Position numbers and translations under genes: made by a program. A stretch of 64,000 nt of DNA, from assembly GCA_963666275.2 (NCBI GenBank), contig CAXXOA010000002.1, forward strand, positions 1,152,001 to 1,216,000, read 5' to 3'. Shown here piece after piece: positions 47,948 to 58,675 of this stretch. Under the pieces are notes generated by a model. It was given only the letters and a program-made list of their open reading frames with translations, searched no databases and had not been told where the DNA came from. The stretch's first letter is position 1. Each line of letters begins with the position of its first letter. The stretch is from Oceanispirochaeta sp. Its GTDB lineage: Bacteria > Spirochaetota > Spirochaetia > DSM-2461.

Positions 47948-50284
47948 CTATTCCGCATTCATGGCGGAAATATTCTTCTGCGATATGTTCCTGGTGGATA
48001 TCACCAGAGCACCCGTTACCGTGAGGATCATCATCAGGGGGAAGAAGAGATAGGATCCCAGGGTGTTTATTTCAAAACTGATGGATGAGGCTCCCAGAAA
48101 AGACCAGATGAATCCGACAAGCTTCTCACCGGCTGTGTTGGCAGCCGCCGTACCCAGGACAAACCCTGTTAGAATCAGAATCATCATTCCGGTGAAGTAC
48201 TGCTTCCGGATCTGGCCGGAGGAAAACCCCAGGCAGCGCATAATCGCGATCCGTCCGGAATCCTTGAGGATCATGAGCCTCAGGAAAAGGGAGGTTATAA
48301 ACGCTGTGATCAGAATGGCAGAGAATGCGGCGGTGAGACTCATCCTTTTCAGCTGGGTCACAACGCTGCCCAGAGTCTGGGACAGGTACTCTTCCAGAAG
48401 GCTCACTCTGGCCGGTCTGAACAGTGCACTGTACTCTCTGACTTTGGCGGGCCCTGTCAGTTCCGGATTCCTCAGGCTTATGTTGATCACATACCAGAGG
48501 GTGTTTTCCGTCCCGGGGGGATCCACGGCCTTGGCTGTGAGGCCGCCATTGGTGATATCCTGATAGATGCCGCTTATCCTCATGGTCCGGGTTCCTGTTT
48601 CGGAATAGAGGGTGAGTTCTTCTCCCACACGGGCATTCAGGTTGCGGGCGTTCAGCTGTGAAAGGGCGATCTCTCCGCTTTCATCCGGGGCTGATCCAGA
48701 CTGGTACTCCAGGGGGAAGGCGGAAAAATCTCCGGTCTCCACATTCAGGTTCTCCTTCTCTCCATGGGACGTTTCAATCCGGTAGCGCCCTGTTTTCATA
48801 GGGGCATAGTGTAAAACCTCCGGGTCATTCTCAAGAATCTTCTGAATCTCCTCAAAGCGCCGATCCCTGTCTTCGCTGTAGGACAGATCTATCCGGATAT
48901 CGCATTCCCCTATGCCCATATAGCGGATAAAAGAGGGGGAATCCAGGGTGTTTACAAGGTTCAGCGGTACCAGGATCACGAAGGCTGAGGCAAAAAATAT
49001 TGTTCCGATGACCCAGTAGAGCCGGAACCGGTGGAGCAGATCCCGGGCTCCCAGGAGGATATTGATATCCCCGATGCGGGAGGAGCCCAGAGATATGGTT
49101 GCGGTTCTGCCAGTTGTTCCGGTTTCTCCCCTGAGTCCGGTTAGGGCGGACACGTTCCTGAACCTTCGGAGAAGGAGGAGGCAGAAGACAAGAACCACCG
49201 CAAAAGTACTTATCGGACCTGTCAGGGGCAGGAGCTTTTCTCCCGGCGACAGAGGGGCTTCGCCCAGGTAGAGGCGTATCTTTTCCGATAGCAGGGGATA
49301 CAGGAGGAATGAAAGGGCGTATCCTCCCAGAGAGGCTATACCCGCCAGGAGGGAGTACTTTCCCAGGTAGAGATGCGAAACAAAGCGGCGGGGAAATCCC
49401 AGAGCCTTCATCACACTGATCTCCCGGCTGTCTTCCTCCAGGGCGGCCAGAATCGAAAACCTCAGGCAGAGCAGGGCAATCAGGGTGAACAGCAGAGTCA
49501 CAAGGATCAGAAGAGCCACAGTGATTCCCGAAGTCAGAGCATTGAGGAGTGTGAAGAGATCTCTCGTCACTGCCGGTCCGTTTGCGGGCAGGCCTGCTTT
49601 TTCGTACTGGTCCGCCAGATCTTCGCTTGTTTCCGGGTCCTTCAGGAGATACTCCATCAGGTATTCGTCTATGCCTTCCCGGCTCCGGAGTTCCTGGAAA
49701 TCTCCGGGACTGAGAACAAATCGTTTGGAGTGAACCAGGGCGGGATTCATCTGGGCATCCCTGACAAAAGCGGCAATCCGGAACAGCTTTCTGTAATCCT
49801 CAGTTTCGATCAGAAGGGTATCATTGAGGGTGAGGTTTCGGGTCTCCATAAAAAACAGGGGAACTCCGATCTCGCCGTCTGAAAGCTGAACCGGCCTGTT
49901 CTCCAGATCCAGGAGCCGGTCGAATCTTTCATTCCCTGTCACCAGGCTCAGATCCATAACACTCCCGGCCAGGGATTCCTTTTCTTCTCCCGGGAGTATT
50001 TCCGATCCGTCCAGATTGATCATTTCCACAATCTGGAAATCTCTGACAAGAGGGTTCTCCCGGGACCACTCTTCCACCTCTTCCCGGTTCACAGGGCCTG
50101 CGTGCATCTGCACATAGTCCGGGATTTCCGCCCTGAGAAAGAGGGCATCCACAGATCTGACTGTCTGCTGGATGAGGGATACGGCTGTTCCGGCCATCAT
50201 GGCCGGAAGCAGGATGAAAAGGACCAGAAGCAGGTTCATCATCCTGTTCTTTTTCAGATCATTGCTTAGAATCTTAAAGGTCAT
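47948..50284 (-). CDS. FtsX-like ABC transporter permease
   Basis: Duplicated REI.VMKALGF / RIAIMRCLGF FtsX motifs with large extracytoplasmic domains. Confidence 0.9.
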   Translation of the reverse strand: MTFKILSNDLKKNRMMNLLLVLFILLPAMMAGTAVSLIQQTVRSVDALFLRAEIPDYVQMHAGPVNREEVEEWSRENPLVRDFQIVEMINLDGSEILPGEEKESLAGSVMDLSLVTGNERFDRLLDLENRPVQLSDGEIGVPLFFMETRNLTLNDTLLIETEDYRKLFRIAAFVRDAQMNPALVHSKRFVLSPGDFQELRSREGIDEYLMEYLLKDPETSEDLADQYEKAGLPANGPAVTRDLFTLLNALTSGITVALLILVTLLFTLIALLCLRFSILAALEEDSREISVMKALGFPRRFVSHLYLGKYSLLAGIASLGGYALSFLLYPLLSEKIRLYLGEAPLSPGEKLLPLTGPISTFAVVLVFCLLLLRRFRNVSALTGLRGETGTTGRTATISLGSSRIGDINILLGARDLLHRFRLYWVIGTIFFASAFVILVPLNLVNTLDSPSFIRYMGIGECDIRIDLSYSEDRDRRFEEIQKILENDPEVLHYAPMKTGRYRIETSHGEKENLNVETGDFSAFPLEYQSGSAPDESGEIALSQLNARNLNARVGEELTLYSETGTRTMRISGIYQDITNGGLTAKAVDPPGTENTLWYVINISLRNPELTGPAKVREYSALFRPARVSLLEEYLSQTLGSVVTQLKRMSLTAAFSAILITAFITSLFLRLMILKDSGRIAIMRCLGFSSGQIRKQYFTGMMILILTGFVLGTAAANTAGEKLVGFIWSFLGASSISFEINTLGSYLFFPLMMILTVTGALVISTRNISQKNISAMNAE

Positions 50285-51590
50285 ATAAAACTCCTTCTTG
50301 TCCGAAACTCTCTGTGAGTTCCAGTTTCTTTATGGAAGATGAGCGGTATACCCGCAGAGCCAGGAGGCAGACCCCTGCCCCGGAAAGGCTGAAAAGGGCG
50401 GCTATACCCCGTCCCGGTCCGGTTCCGAATATTTTTCCCAGAGAGGGAGCCAGGGAGCCGCCGGGCATCAGCAGAGGAATAAACACTCTGTCAGAAAGAA
50501 AACCCGCAGATCCGAAGGCCAGCAGAGTTCCCGTGAATGTCAGGAAGCCCACAAAGGCCCAGACCCGCCCCTGGGCAGAGGATTCCGTATTATTCCGGAT
50601 CAGAACTTCCGCGGCTGTGTTGATCGAGGGAAGGGCCAGGAAGAAAAAGAACCCCGGAACAAGTACCATAACAGCTGTTTCCTGAAGCCCCATGAGACTG
50701 TAGGCCAGGCCCGCCAGAACCAGAGCCCCTGTGAGCTGACAGCGCAGGCTCAGGTGCCCTCCTATCCAGCCGGAAAGGACTGCACCCAGAAGAATCCCCG
50801 TGGCACAGAGAGACTGGATCACTCCCAGCTGCTCCACCGATGTAAAGGAGAGGACCATAGGCCCCAGCAGAGCCTGAATCAGGCCTGTAAAAAAGAGGAT
50901 CCCGCTGATTAGAATCACAAGAGTTCCGATCCCATCCTTTTTTCTTATCTCATTCAATCCTTCTGACAGTTCCCGGGAGATAGGCTTCCTTTCCGGGGAT
51001 CGGGCTGGGGTCGATACTCCGGCTTGCGCCAGGACGCTGATACCGGACGCGGCAATCAGAAAAGAGATGATATCCGTTATCAGTATTGTCTTTATGGACC
51101 AGTGGGCCATCATAAAACCGGCGGCAAAGGGAGACAGAAGAAGGGGGGCTCCCGATACCATCTGGTTCATCCCGGCCGCCCGGGAATACAGGGAGGGCGG
51201 GACCAGATCCGACACGGAGGCTTTATAGGCGGGATTCATCACTCCCCCCAGGAGGGAGATCCCGGCCAGAGCCGAGTAACTCGTTATGTCTGTTCCCAGA
51301 GTCCCACCGGACGGGATCAGCAGAAGGGCCATCACCGCAGCAGATGCTGCATTTCCGAAAATCATGATGTTCAGGCGGTTGAATCTGTCTGCCAGAACTC
51401 CCGCAAAGGGACGAATCAGAAAGGAGGGGAGGAAAGACACCAGCAGGATCGTGCTGGAGCTGCCGGCCCTGCCGGTGTTTGTAAAGACATAGGCTGTCAG
51501 AGCAAACACTGTCAGCCCCGAACCGATGGAGGAGAGCATCTCCAGGGTCCAGAGGGTCAGAAAACGGCTCATATCAGATCTGTTATTCAT
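50274..51590 (-). CDS. MFS transporter (macrolide-efflux-like)
   Basis: AGVLADRFNR motif A; about 12 TM segments. Confidence 0.9.
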   Translation of the reverse strand: MNNRSDMSRFLTLWTLEMLSSIGSGLTVFALTAYVFTNTGRAGSSSTILLVSFLPSFLIRPFAGVLADRFNRLNIMIFGNAASAAVMALLLIPSGGTLGTDITSYSALAGISLLGGVMNPAYKASVSDLVPPSLYSRAAGMNQMVSGAPLLLSPFAAGFMMAHWSIKTILITDIISFLIAASGISVLAQAGVSTPARSPERKPISRELSEGLNEIRKKDGIGTLVILISGILFFTGLIQALLGPMVLSFTSVEQLGVIQSLCATGILLGAVLSGWIGGHLSLRCQLTGALVLAGLAYSLMGLQETAVMVLVPGFFFFLALPSINTAAEVLIRNNTESSAQGRVWAFVGFLTFTGTLLAFGSAGFLSDRVFIPLLMPGGSLAPSLGKIFGTGPGRGIAALFSLSGAGVCLLALRVYRSSSIKKLELTESFGQEGVLYDL

Positions 51591-51606
51591 AACGTCTCAT
51601 TCCTGA

Positions 51607-52527
51607 CTAAAAGGCATAGGCCAACTGAAGGCTGGCATAAAAGCCATCTCCCAGATCCTGCTCCGAACCGTCGGGGGCATACTCTGTACCCTCCAGTAGA
51701 TATCCCCCTGTCAATTCAAGGAGGGATAGGTCCAGGGTACCGTAAAGAGCTTTCCAGGCTACACTATGCTGCCTGTCTTTTTCTCCCGATATAACCGCTT
51801 CGTAGTCATCTGCCAGGATTCCCACGCCCACTCCTGCAAAATCGCCCATAGGGTGGGACTCATCGAAGAATCTGTACTCTCCGGAGATGTCGTATTTCAG
51901 TCCCCGCCCGGGGAGCTCCGATGCATCTGTCAGCAGAAAAGAGCTGTTCAGACGGACTCTGCTTCGGGGGGCAAAGATGATATCCAGCATGGGGGAGGTT
52001 GTAAAATCCAGAGCGACATCAACATAGGGAGAGGTGTAATCGTAGTGGAGGAAAGGAAGAGGCATCAGAGGGATTTCATTTCCCCAGTCGCCGATAGCCA
52101 GAGAGGCTCCGGCCCAGAAGGTATGATTCCCCCGGGAGACCAGCTTGTATCCGTAACCGTTTACAAACGTCAGTGTTTCAAGTCCTCCTATTACAGGGCT
52201 GTCAGAATAGCTTTTGAACAGAGAAAAGAATTTGTGCTTTGTCGTATCCCGCTGAAGAAGCATGTCCAGGTTTCCGTATCTTTCCGGGTTGTTCCCGGAC
52301 GAGGGTTCGGAGAGACTGTTTCCCGAAGAGAGGGCGACTATCTGGAGTGAGTCTCCTTTCTGGAAAATCAGTCCGGCTCCTCCCTTCCATGTGTTGAAAT
52401 CCTCCCAGTTATAGCTGTCCCCATAGGCCAGGGGATAGTATTCCGGACTCTCTTCCCGGGGGACTTCATCGGCAAAGGCCGCGGTGCAGAGTGTTATGAT
52501 CAGTGTCTGTAAAATCCATTTTTTCAT
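51607..52527 (-). CDS. Hypothetical exported protein, possibly an outer-membrane beta-barrel
   Basis: Signal peptide; alternating beta pattern; C-terminal YASLQLAYAF. Confidence 0.65.
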   Translation of the reverse strand: MKKWILQTLIITLCTAAFADEVPREESPEYYPLAYGDSYNWEDFNTWKGGAGLIFQKGDSLQIVALSSGNSLSEPSSGNNPERYGNLDMLLQRDTTKHKFFSLFKSYSDSPVIGGLETLTFVNGYGYKLVSRGNHTFWAGASLAIGDWGNEIPLMPLPFLHYDYTSPYVDVALDFTTSPMLDIIFAPRSRVRLNSSFLLTDASELPGRGLKYDISGEYRFFDESHPMGDFAGVGVGILADDYEAVISGEKDRQHSVAWKALYGTLDLSLLELTGGYLLEGTEYAPDGSEQDLGDGFYASLQLAYAF

Positions 52528-52553
52528 AGTGAACTCCTTGTTTTCTACTGATA

Positions 52554-52580
52554 TGACTTTTGGTCAGTGACCGTTGGTCA
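52554..52580. promoter_or_regulatory. Tandem TetR-type operator
   Basis: TGAC-N5-GTCA twice in tandem directly upstream of the operon that ends in the TetR gene. Confidence 0.65.
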
Positions 52581-52673
52581 TTCAAATAGTTAAACAGAGG
52601 GAGATCTTTTTTGTGTTACTTTTTTTCCAAAAAAAATCCTGACGGAAGGGCAGGATCTCCATGAGGCCTGTAA

Positions 52674-53261
52674 TCAGCGAATAATTATTTTAAAAGGACT
52701 CAGAAGGGAGAGCGCCTCGGGGGCAGTGAAGACAGCTTTTTCCACCTTGTTATTCAGAGGATCTATACTGTAGCCCGAAGCCTGATTAAAAGCGGCTTTC
52801 CGCAGATCCGTATTATGAAAAAGAGTCTCTCTGAACTGGGTTCCTGTAAAGTCCGCTCCCATCAGAAAGGTCCCCTGAAAGGAGCATCCTATGATTTCGC
52901 ACTTGGTGAACTCTGCATTTTTCAGGGAGAGGTCGGTGAAATTGCAGCTCTCTATCCTGCACTCCCGGCAGGTCATTTCAAAGGAGAAGTCATTGCATTT
53001 GTAAAAGTCCATTCCCAGAAGCCGGCAGCTGCTGAATTCGTTATCCATAAACCTGGCCTGTTCAATCCGGGGATTTCTGAAATCGCAGCCCTGAAAGGAA
53101 CAGCCCTCGAAGGTTGTCTCAATCAGGATGGTTCCTGAAAATCGGCACTCGGGGAAACGGCAGTTGTAAAACTCTTTTCCCGACAGATCCAGGGAGGAAA
53201 AATCCACGCTTCGGAACTCTTCATCTTCAAAACGGTCTTCAGTTTCAATGCGGCTGTTCAA
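52674..53261 (-). CDS. Pentapeptide repeat protein
   Basis: Repeating F/L-x-x-C/A-x pentamers along the whole length. Confidence 0.9.
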   Translation of the reverse strand: MNSRIETEDRFEDEEFRSVDFSSLDLSGKEFYNCRFPECRFSGTILIETTFEGCSFQGCDFRNPRIEQARFMDNEFSSCRLLGMDFYKCNDFSFEMTCRECRIESCNFTDLSLKNAEFTKCEIIGCSFQGTFLMGADFTGTQFRETLFHNTDLRKAAFNQASGYSIDPLNNKVEKAVFTAPEALSLLSPFKIIIR

Positions 53262-53728
53262 TCAAATATCCCCTTTATCCCCAGTTCTTTTCTCAGTTTC
53301 CTGTTCATCCTATTCAATTCTTCAATAAGGGAGAAGTACTCTTTTTTTTCTTCCTCTGAAATGGCAGAAAGGCTCCTGTGGATATAATCTCCATGCTCCC
53401 TTTTAAACTCTTTCACAAGGGCTTTCCCCCGGGGGGTCAGGGAGAGTTCGAAAATCCGTTTGTCCTTTTCGTTTCGGCTCTTCACCACGTACCCCATATC
53501 CACAAGACGTTTGGCTACGGGAGTAAATGAACCCTTTTCAAGCTGAAGGATCTGACTGATCCTTGTCATGGAACTGGAGCCCATGAACTCAAGGTAGATC
53601 AGGGTCTGCATCAGGGTGGGGTTCATTCCCTCCTGAAACTCATGGTTATGGAAAAATGCCTTGAAATAGATCTCGCTTATGTCTCTTTTCAGACGGAAAA
53701 TAGGCAGAAGATCTTCCTGTTCTGTCAT
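53258..53728 (-). CDS. MarR-family regulator
   Basis: LEKGSFT...KRLVDMGYV......DKR...LSLTPRG. Confidence 0.88.
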   Translation of the reverse strand: MTEQEDLLPIFRLKRDISEIYFKAFFHNHEFQEGMNPTLMQTLIYLEFMGSSSMTRISQILQLEKGSFTPVAKRLVDMGYVVKSRNEKDKRIFELSLTPRGKALVKEFKREHGDYIHRSLSAISEEEKKEYFSLIEELNRMNRKLRKELGIKGIFD

Positions 53729-53734
53729 GGAGTC

Positions 53735-55114
53735 CTACCCTCTCTCCGGTGTTTCCACTTTTGACAGTGACAGATGAAAGTGGTGCCTTTTTCTGTAATC
53801 CAGTATCAGGGCCAGGGCTGTAATCAGGATTGCGATTCCGTCTGCACCGGGAACTGCCGCCCAGACTCCCTCCAGTCCGTAAAGGGGGGGGAGAATTGTC
53901 AGCAGGGGGATCAGGCAGAGAAACTGCCTCAGCATACTTAGAATCAGAGCCTTATGACCCTGGGCTGTGGCCTGAAAAAAGGATACACCCAGAATATTGA
54001 CTCCCACAAAGGGGAGCATAAGGAAAAAGATATTCATCCCCTGAACTGCCATCCCCATGGTCAGCGACTCCGGGGCGATGAACATCCCCAGGAGGACCCG
54101 GGGGAAGAGTCTCAGACAGATAAATACAAAGGTGGAAAAGGCTGTTGCCCAGAACATGGCCAGCTTCATGGTCCTGTTGACCCGGTCATGCTGTTCGGCC
54201 CCGTGGTTGAATCCCACGATAGGCTGCATTCCCTGCTGCAGACCCATAAGGGGCATAAAAAACAGGGTAAACAGGCTGTTGATGGCGCCCATGGAGGTGA
54301 TGGCCTGGGTTCCCCCGTAGGAGGTCAGCCGGTAGTTGAGGAATCCCAGAGCGATGCTGTTTCCCACGGTGGAGGCAAAGGTGGCCGCGCCTGTTACAAG
54401 GATATCTTTAACAAGAAGCCACTTCAGTCTGAAATCCTCCAGATGCATTCTGATGCTGCTTTTTCCTCTGAGATAGAAGGAGAGGAGAAGGCCGAAGCCC
54501 AGAAACTGGCCAATGATGGTGGCTATGGCGGCCCCCTGAACACCCCATCCGAAAACAATGACAAACAGGGCATCCAGCACAATATTGGTCAGGGCAGAGA
54601 GGATCATGGCGATCATGGGCAGATGGGCCTGTCCCTCTGTTCGGACTGTAAAGTTGAAGACAAAGGCCATCATGTGAAAGGTAAATCCGCTCAGAATGAT
54701 CCTGAGATAGGACCTGGCCAGAGCCATGGTAGTGGGATCGGCTCCGAAAATATTCAGAACCGCATCCATCTTCCACTGAAGCAGCACAAGGACCGCCAGG
54801 TTGAGGATGATCCCCAGGCTGATGGCGTTGCCGAAGTACTGACCCGCTTTTCTGATATCCCGTCTGCCCAGCTGGATCGACATGAGAGCCGAACCACCGC
54901 TGGCTATCAGTGTGGCCATGGCAAAGAGTATCATCATCACAGGGAAGGCTACGGTCAGACCGGCCAGGGCCTCCTCTCCTGCAAAGCGGCCGATGAACAT
55001 CCGGTCCACAACGTTGTATATAGCATTCACCACCATCGCAATGATCGAGGGGAGTGAAAAGGTCCATAGGAGCCTGCCTATGGGCATTTCCCTCAAATTT
55101 TTCTGTTTATCCAT
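53735..55114 (-). CDS. MATE-family efflux transporter (MepA-like)
   Basis: YNVVDRMFIG, NIVLDALF...GWGVQGAAIAT, QPIVGFNHGA. Confidence 0.92.
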   Translation of the reverse strand: MDKQKNLREMPIGRLLWTFSLPSIIAMVVNAIYNVVDRMFIGRFAGEEALAGLTVAFPVMMILFAMATLIASGGSALMSIQLGRRDIRKAGQYFGNAISLGIILNLAVLVLLQWKMDAVLNIFGADPTTMALARSYLRIILSGFTFHMMAFVFNFTVRTEGQAHLPMIAMILSALTNIVLDALFVIVFGWGVQGAAIATIIGQFLGFGLLLSFYLRGKSSIRMHLEDFRLKWLLVKDILVTGAATFASTVGNSIALGFLNYRLTSYGGTQAITSMGAINSLFTLFFMPLMGLQQGMQPIVGFNHGAEQHDRVNRTMKLAMFWATAFSTFVFICLRLFPRVLLGMFIAPESLTMGMAVQGMNIFFLMLPFVGVNILGVSFFQATAQGHKALILSMLRQFLCLIPLLTILPPLYGLEGVWAAVPGADGIAILITALALILDYRKRHHFHLSLSKVETPERG

Positions 55115-55283
55115 TCTATATTATATCCTCTGTATGGTTAGATTTCTAACAATAAGGGGAGAAGATACGGCTTTTTAAAGAAAGAGTCAAGAAGGTTTGA
55201 TTTCTAACTAATTGATAATTTTTTACTGATCAAAGAAAAACGGAATAGATCCAGGAGGGGACAGGGCCCCCGGCATTTTTTAT

Positions 55284-55329
55284 TTGACAGTTTCAGAAAA
55301 CAGGTTTATTATAACTTAAACGTTTTAGT
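55284..55329 (+). promoter_or_regulatory. Promoter with LacI-type operator
   Basis: TTGACA-17 bp-TATTAT; near-palindrome ACTTAAACGTTTTAGT at 55314-55329. Confidence 0.5.
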
Positions 55330-55647
55330 AACATATGTGAGTAGTTTTAGAGCACACGTGATATTTGTGGAAAAAATCTCTTTTCTCCCTATTTAATTCG
55401 ATGCTTCAAAGGCACAGAAAGATACCATCTCTCTGCCCTGTCTCTGCTGAAGTTCTGTCATTTTGTAAGCGAATAGTATGGATATCAGAGTGTCCTGATT
55501 TCAATAAATAACAAACGATCAGTATTAAAGGCTTCCTTTTTAAATAAATATTACGGAAATGCCGGCGTCAGCATGGGGTGACGCGTTTTTACGAACACTG
55601 TTCTTGAGGAAAAGCAGGTTCCCGGGACAGTGAAAAAGGAGTTCTCA

Positions 55648-57078
55648 ATGAGAAAATATTTACTATTAGTTATGGCCTTTGCTCTGACTGCAACGGTTTT
55701 CCCTTCCGGCCATAAGGATGATGTGGCTGCCCGGCCTGAAACAGGTCAGAGCAGTGAAGCCCTCTTTCTCGGTTCCAAGGTACCCTATCCGGATCAGGGA
55801 ATTCTTGAATACACTGCCCCTCCCGCCGGGTATGAAGCGGACTTCATCTACTGGCTGAACAGACATGGATCCCGAAACCTTTCAGGATTTAAATATGATA
55901 AATCCTGGCTGGATATGATTGCTCTGGCAGAGTCGGAAGATCAGTTAACCGAAATGGGTAAAACTGTTAAACAGGATATTCTGAAGATTGCCAATTACGA
56001 AAAAGGAAAATACGGACTTCTGACCCTTCTGGGAAAGAATGAACTGTACATGCTGGGACAGAGAGCTGGTGTGGTTTATCAGGATCTTTTCAGCACAGGT
56101 AGACCCCTGCTGGCAGATGCCACCCGCAAGGAAAGGACCAGAGAGTCCCGGGACAGCTATCTCACAGGTCTTCTGACCACAGGGTACGAAGGCGAAATCA
56201 CGGCAACCTATTTCAAGAAAAATGAGGACCCCTATCTGAGGGCCCTGGATATTGCTCCCCGTTACGAAGAGTACAAAGAGAATGGCGACTGGTACGAAAA
56301 TGTAATTGCCTTTACAGAAACAGATGAGGCCCGGGTCATGACTGAACGGGTGGTTTCCCAGTTCTTCAAACCCGAGTTTGTCCAGCGTCTGGACGATGGT
56401 GAATTTGAGTTCTACAGCGAAGATGACGATGTGATCATCAACAGCCTGGCTACAGCGACCAACGCCCTCTGGGAAATGTATATTATCCTTCCCGCTCTGA
56501 AAGACGACGGCTTTTCCAATGTGAATATGCGGAAATATTTCAATATTGATGAGCTTGAGATGTTTGAGAAAGTCCAGAATGCCAAATCCTTCTATACCAA
56601 AGGTCCCGGTGAACCCGATGAAGAGCCCATAGCTCTTGAAATCATGGCTCCTCTGGCAAAAAGGATGATCAACGAAGTGGATACCCGTCTATCCGGCGAA
56701 ACCGATGCTCTGGGTGTATTCAGCTTCGCCCATGCCGAGACTGTTGTTCCTCTGGTAGGATTTCTGGAGATCGAAGAGTCTGCTGTTCCCAATGATGATA
56801 TAGCCGAAGCCATTACCTACTGGGACGTGGCCTATTACGGACCCATGGCAGCCAACCTGGAATGGATCGTCTATACCGCAGAAGGGAAAGAACCTCTGGT
56901 GAAGATGCTCCTCAACGAGAAAGAGACAGCCTTTGCCTCCTCTCTCAAACCGGTTTCCGGGCCCTACTACAAATGGTCCGATGTGAAATCCTATTACGGG
57001 AAAAAAGTGGCTGATCTGGGATTTGGTCTGGATACCTCTCTGGAGGATAATATCCAGACCCTGGAGGAACAGTACTGA
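55648..57078 (+). CDS. Exported histidine acid phosphatase / phytase (MINPP-like)
   Basis: RHGSR and HAE catalytic motifs, PMAAN; signal peptide MRKYLLL after RBS AGGAG. Confidence 0.85.
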   Translation: MRKYLLLVMAFALTATVFPSGHKDDVAARPETGQSSEALFLGSKVPYPDQGILEYTAPPAGYEADFIYWLNRHGSRNLSGFKYDKSWLDMIALAESEDQLTEMGKTVKQDILKIANYEKGKYGLLTLLGKNELYMLGQRAGVVYQDLFSTGRPLLADATRKERTRESRDSYLTGLLTTGYEGEITATYFKKNEDPYLRALDIAPRYEEYKENGDWYENVIAFTETDEARVMTERVVSQFFKPEFVQRLDDGEFEFYSEDDDVIINSLATATNALWEMYIILPALKDDGFSNVNMRKYFNIDELEMFEKVQNAKSFYTKGPGEPDEEPIALEIMAPLAKRMINEVDTRLSGETDALGVFSFAHAETVVPLVGFLEIEESAVPNDDIAEAITYWDVAYYGPMAANLEWIVYTAEGKEPLVKMLLNEKETAFASSLKPVSGPYYKWSDVKSYYGKKVADLGFGLDTSLEDNIQTLEEQY

Positions 57079-57155
57079 TCAAGACGATGATCTGATAAAA
57101 AGGGAGTCTCAGTCTCTCTTTCTCCGGAACAGGGGCTGAAAAAAAGGAATAGATC

Positions 57156-57188
57156 AGGGAGGTTCCCCATGGGAGCCTCCCTTTTTTT
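57156..57188 (+). terminator. Intrinsic terminator
   Basis: AGGGAGGTTCCC-cat-GGGAGCCTCCCT plus T-run. Confidence 0.75.
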
Positions 57189-57308
57189 ACTTACCAGAGT
57201 CCGGCAATTATGATCTTTTTTCAAAGAATTTCCTTTTTGTGAGGGAAACTTTTGCTGTTTTGCATTAAATTCTTATAAGTAAAGGAATATCCCTTTCAGT
57301 TAAAAGGA

Positions 57309-58472
57309 GTGAATATGAAGAAAATATTCTATTTAGCTGTGTTGCTGGCTCTTCTGATCCCGGCAATTGTATCAGCACAGGTGAAAATTACAGCCCCGAC
57401 GGTAAGTGTTAATACAGGTAATACAGCTGCCGATATCGCAATTCAAACACTTATCAATAGCAACTTGAATAGTGCTGCCCTGGAGCTGGAAAACCAGGCT
57501 AATACGGAAATCGAGCCCTATCTGGATCAGGACGATCTGGCTCTGGGATTTGCCAATGCAGGTGCTTCAGCGGCCCACATCGGTACACAGAGAGCCTACA
57601 GCGACTACAAGAGGTTTGCTCTTACCGTGGGAAGCGGCTTTGCCCTTGCGGCTCCGGCCACAACGGCGGAGGAGCTGGAAGACGCGGTCGCTAAGATCGA
57701 AGAGGATGGCGATATCTACTTCGGAGCAGCCACCCAGCCCATCACCGCCTCTCTGGGAATCAATATGGGATGGCTGGTGGAGAATATGTATACTACTGTG
57801 AAATTCGGCTATGCCAATATCAGCGATGGCAGTCTGACCGAAGACTTCTCTTTTAAAACCCTCACCATCGGTGCCCTGGTGGACTATCAGTTGATGAAGT
57901 CCCGGAAACTCCCTCTGGGTTTTGTGAAGTGGCGGGGCCTTTCCGTGGGAAGCGGTGTGCTCTATCAAAGCAACGAATCTGTTTTCAAAGCGGATTTTCC
58001 CTTTGATCCGGTAACTCAAACTGTTCCCATTTCAAGTGAAACGGGAGGGGTTTATGATGACATTGATGTACAACTTGATATTGCCCCGACCCTGACTCTG
58101 GGCGTTTCCTCTCACTCTGTTTCCATTCCCCTGGAAGTTACCACGGGAATCAGGCTCCTCTGGCTGATTGACATGAATGTGGGAGCCGGTGTGGACGTGG
58201 CTTTCGGATCTTCCGACATTGAGGCCGAACTCTCCAGTCCTATCGAGGTTTCTGATACATCAAACCTGGGTTACTACTCTTACAATGATGGATCTGTTTC
58301 TCTGGATGCCAGTACTGATGGTACCGGTCCCCAGATTATCCGTCCCCGCCTGACCGCCGGTCTGGGGCTGAATTTGGGCCCAGTAAAACTGGATGTTCCC
58401 CTGATGTACTACTTTGATATCGGCAAGGGAAACAGCGCCATGGTCGGCGTGAACGTTGGGATTGTCTGGTAG
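57309..58472 (+). CDS. Hypothetical exported, probable outer-membrane protein
   Basis: Signal peptide; Gly/aromatic-rich beta strands; C-terminal VGVNVGIVW. Confidence 0.7.
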   Translation: MNMKKIFYLAVLLALLIPAIVSAQVKITAPTVSVNTGNTAADIAIQTLINSNLNSAALELENQANTEIEPYLDQDDLALGFANAGASAAHIGTQRAYSDYKRFALTVGSGFALAAPATTAEELEDAVAKIEEDGDIYFGAATQPITASLGINMGWLVENMYTTVKFGYANISDGSLTEDFSFKTLTIGALVDYQLMKSRKLPLGFVKWRGLSVGSGVLYQSNESVFKADFPFDPVTQTVPISSETGGVYDDIDVQLDIAPTLTLGVSSHSVSIPLEVTTGIRLLWLIDMNVGAGVDVAFGSSDIEAELSSPIEVSDTSNLGYYSYNDGSVSLDASTDGTGPQIIRPRLTAGLGLNLGPVKLDVPLMYYFDIGKGNSAMVGVNVGIVW

Positions 58473-58514
58473 AAAATACTGGAGAAAAGTGAGGATCTCT
58501 CACTTTTAATATAG

Positions 58515-58557
58515 AAAACAGCTCTGAAGGACTGGTTCCGGAGGGGCTGTTTTTTTT
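58515..58557 (+). terminator. Intrinsic terminator
   Basis: AAAACAGC...GCTGTTTTTTTT stem with T-run. Confidence 0.65.
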
Positions 58558-58675
58558 GTAATTTCCAGGAGAGAAGAGTCTCTTCCCCTTTTTTCAAATA
58601 AAATGCTCCACAGGCATTTGATCTCATAAAAAACAAGTATTGGGCATAATCCTCGTTCTGCTGTATCCTTTTCCC

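Noticed and set aside
52674..53261. Qnr quinolone-resistance gene
   Set aside because: Pentapeptide repeats alone are not diagnostic, and the assignment cannot be supported without an alignment.
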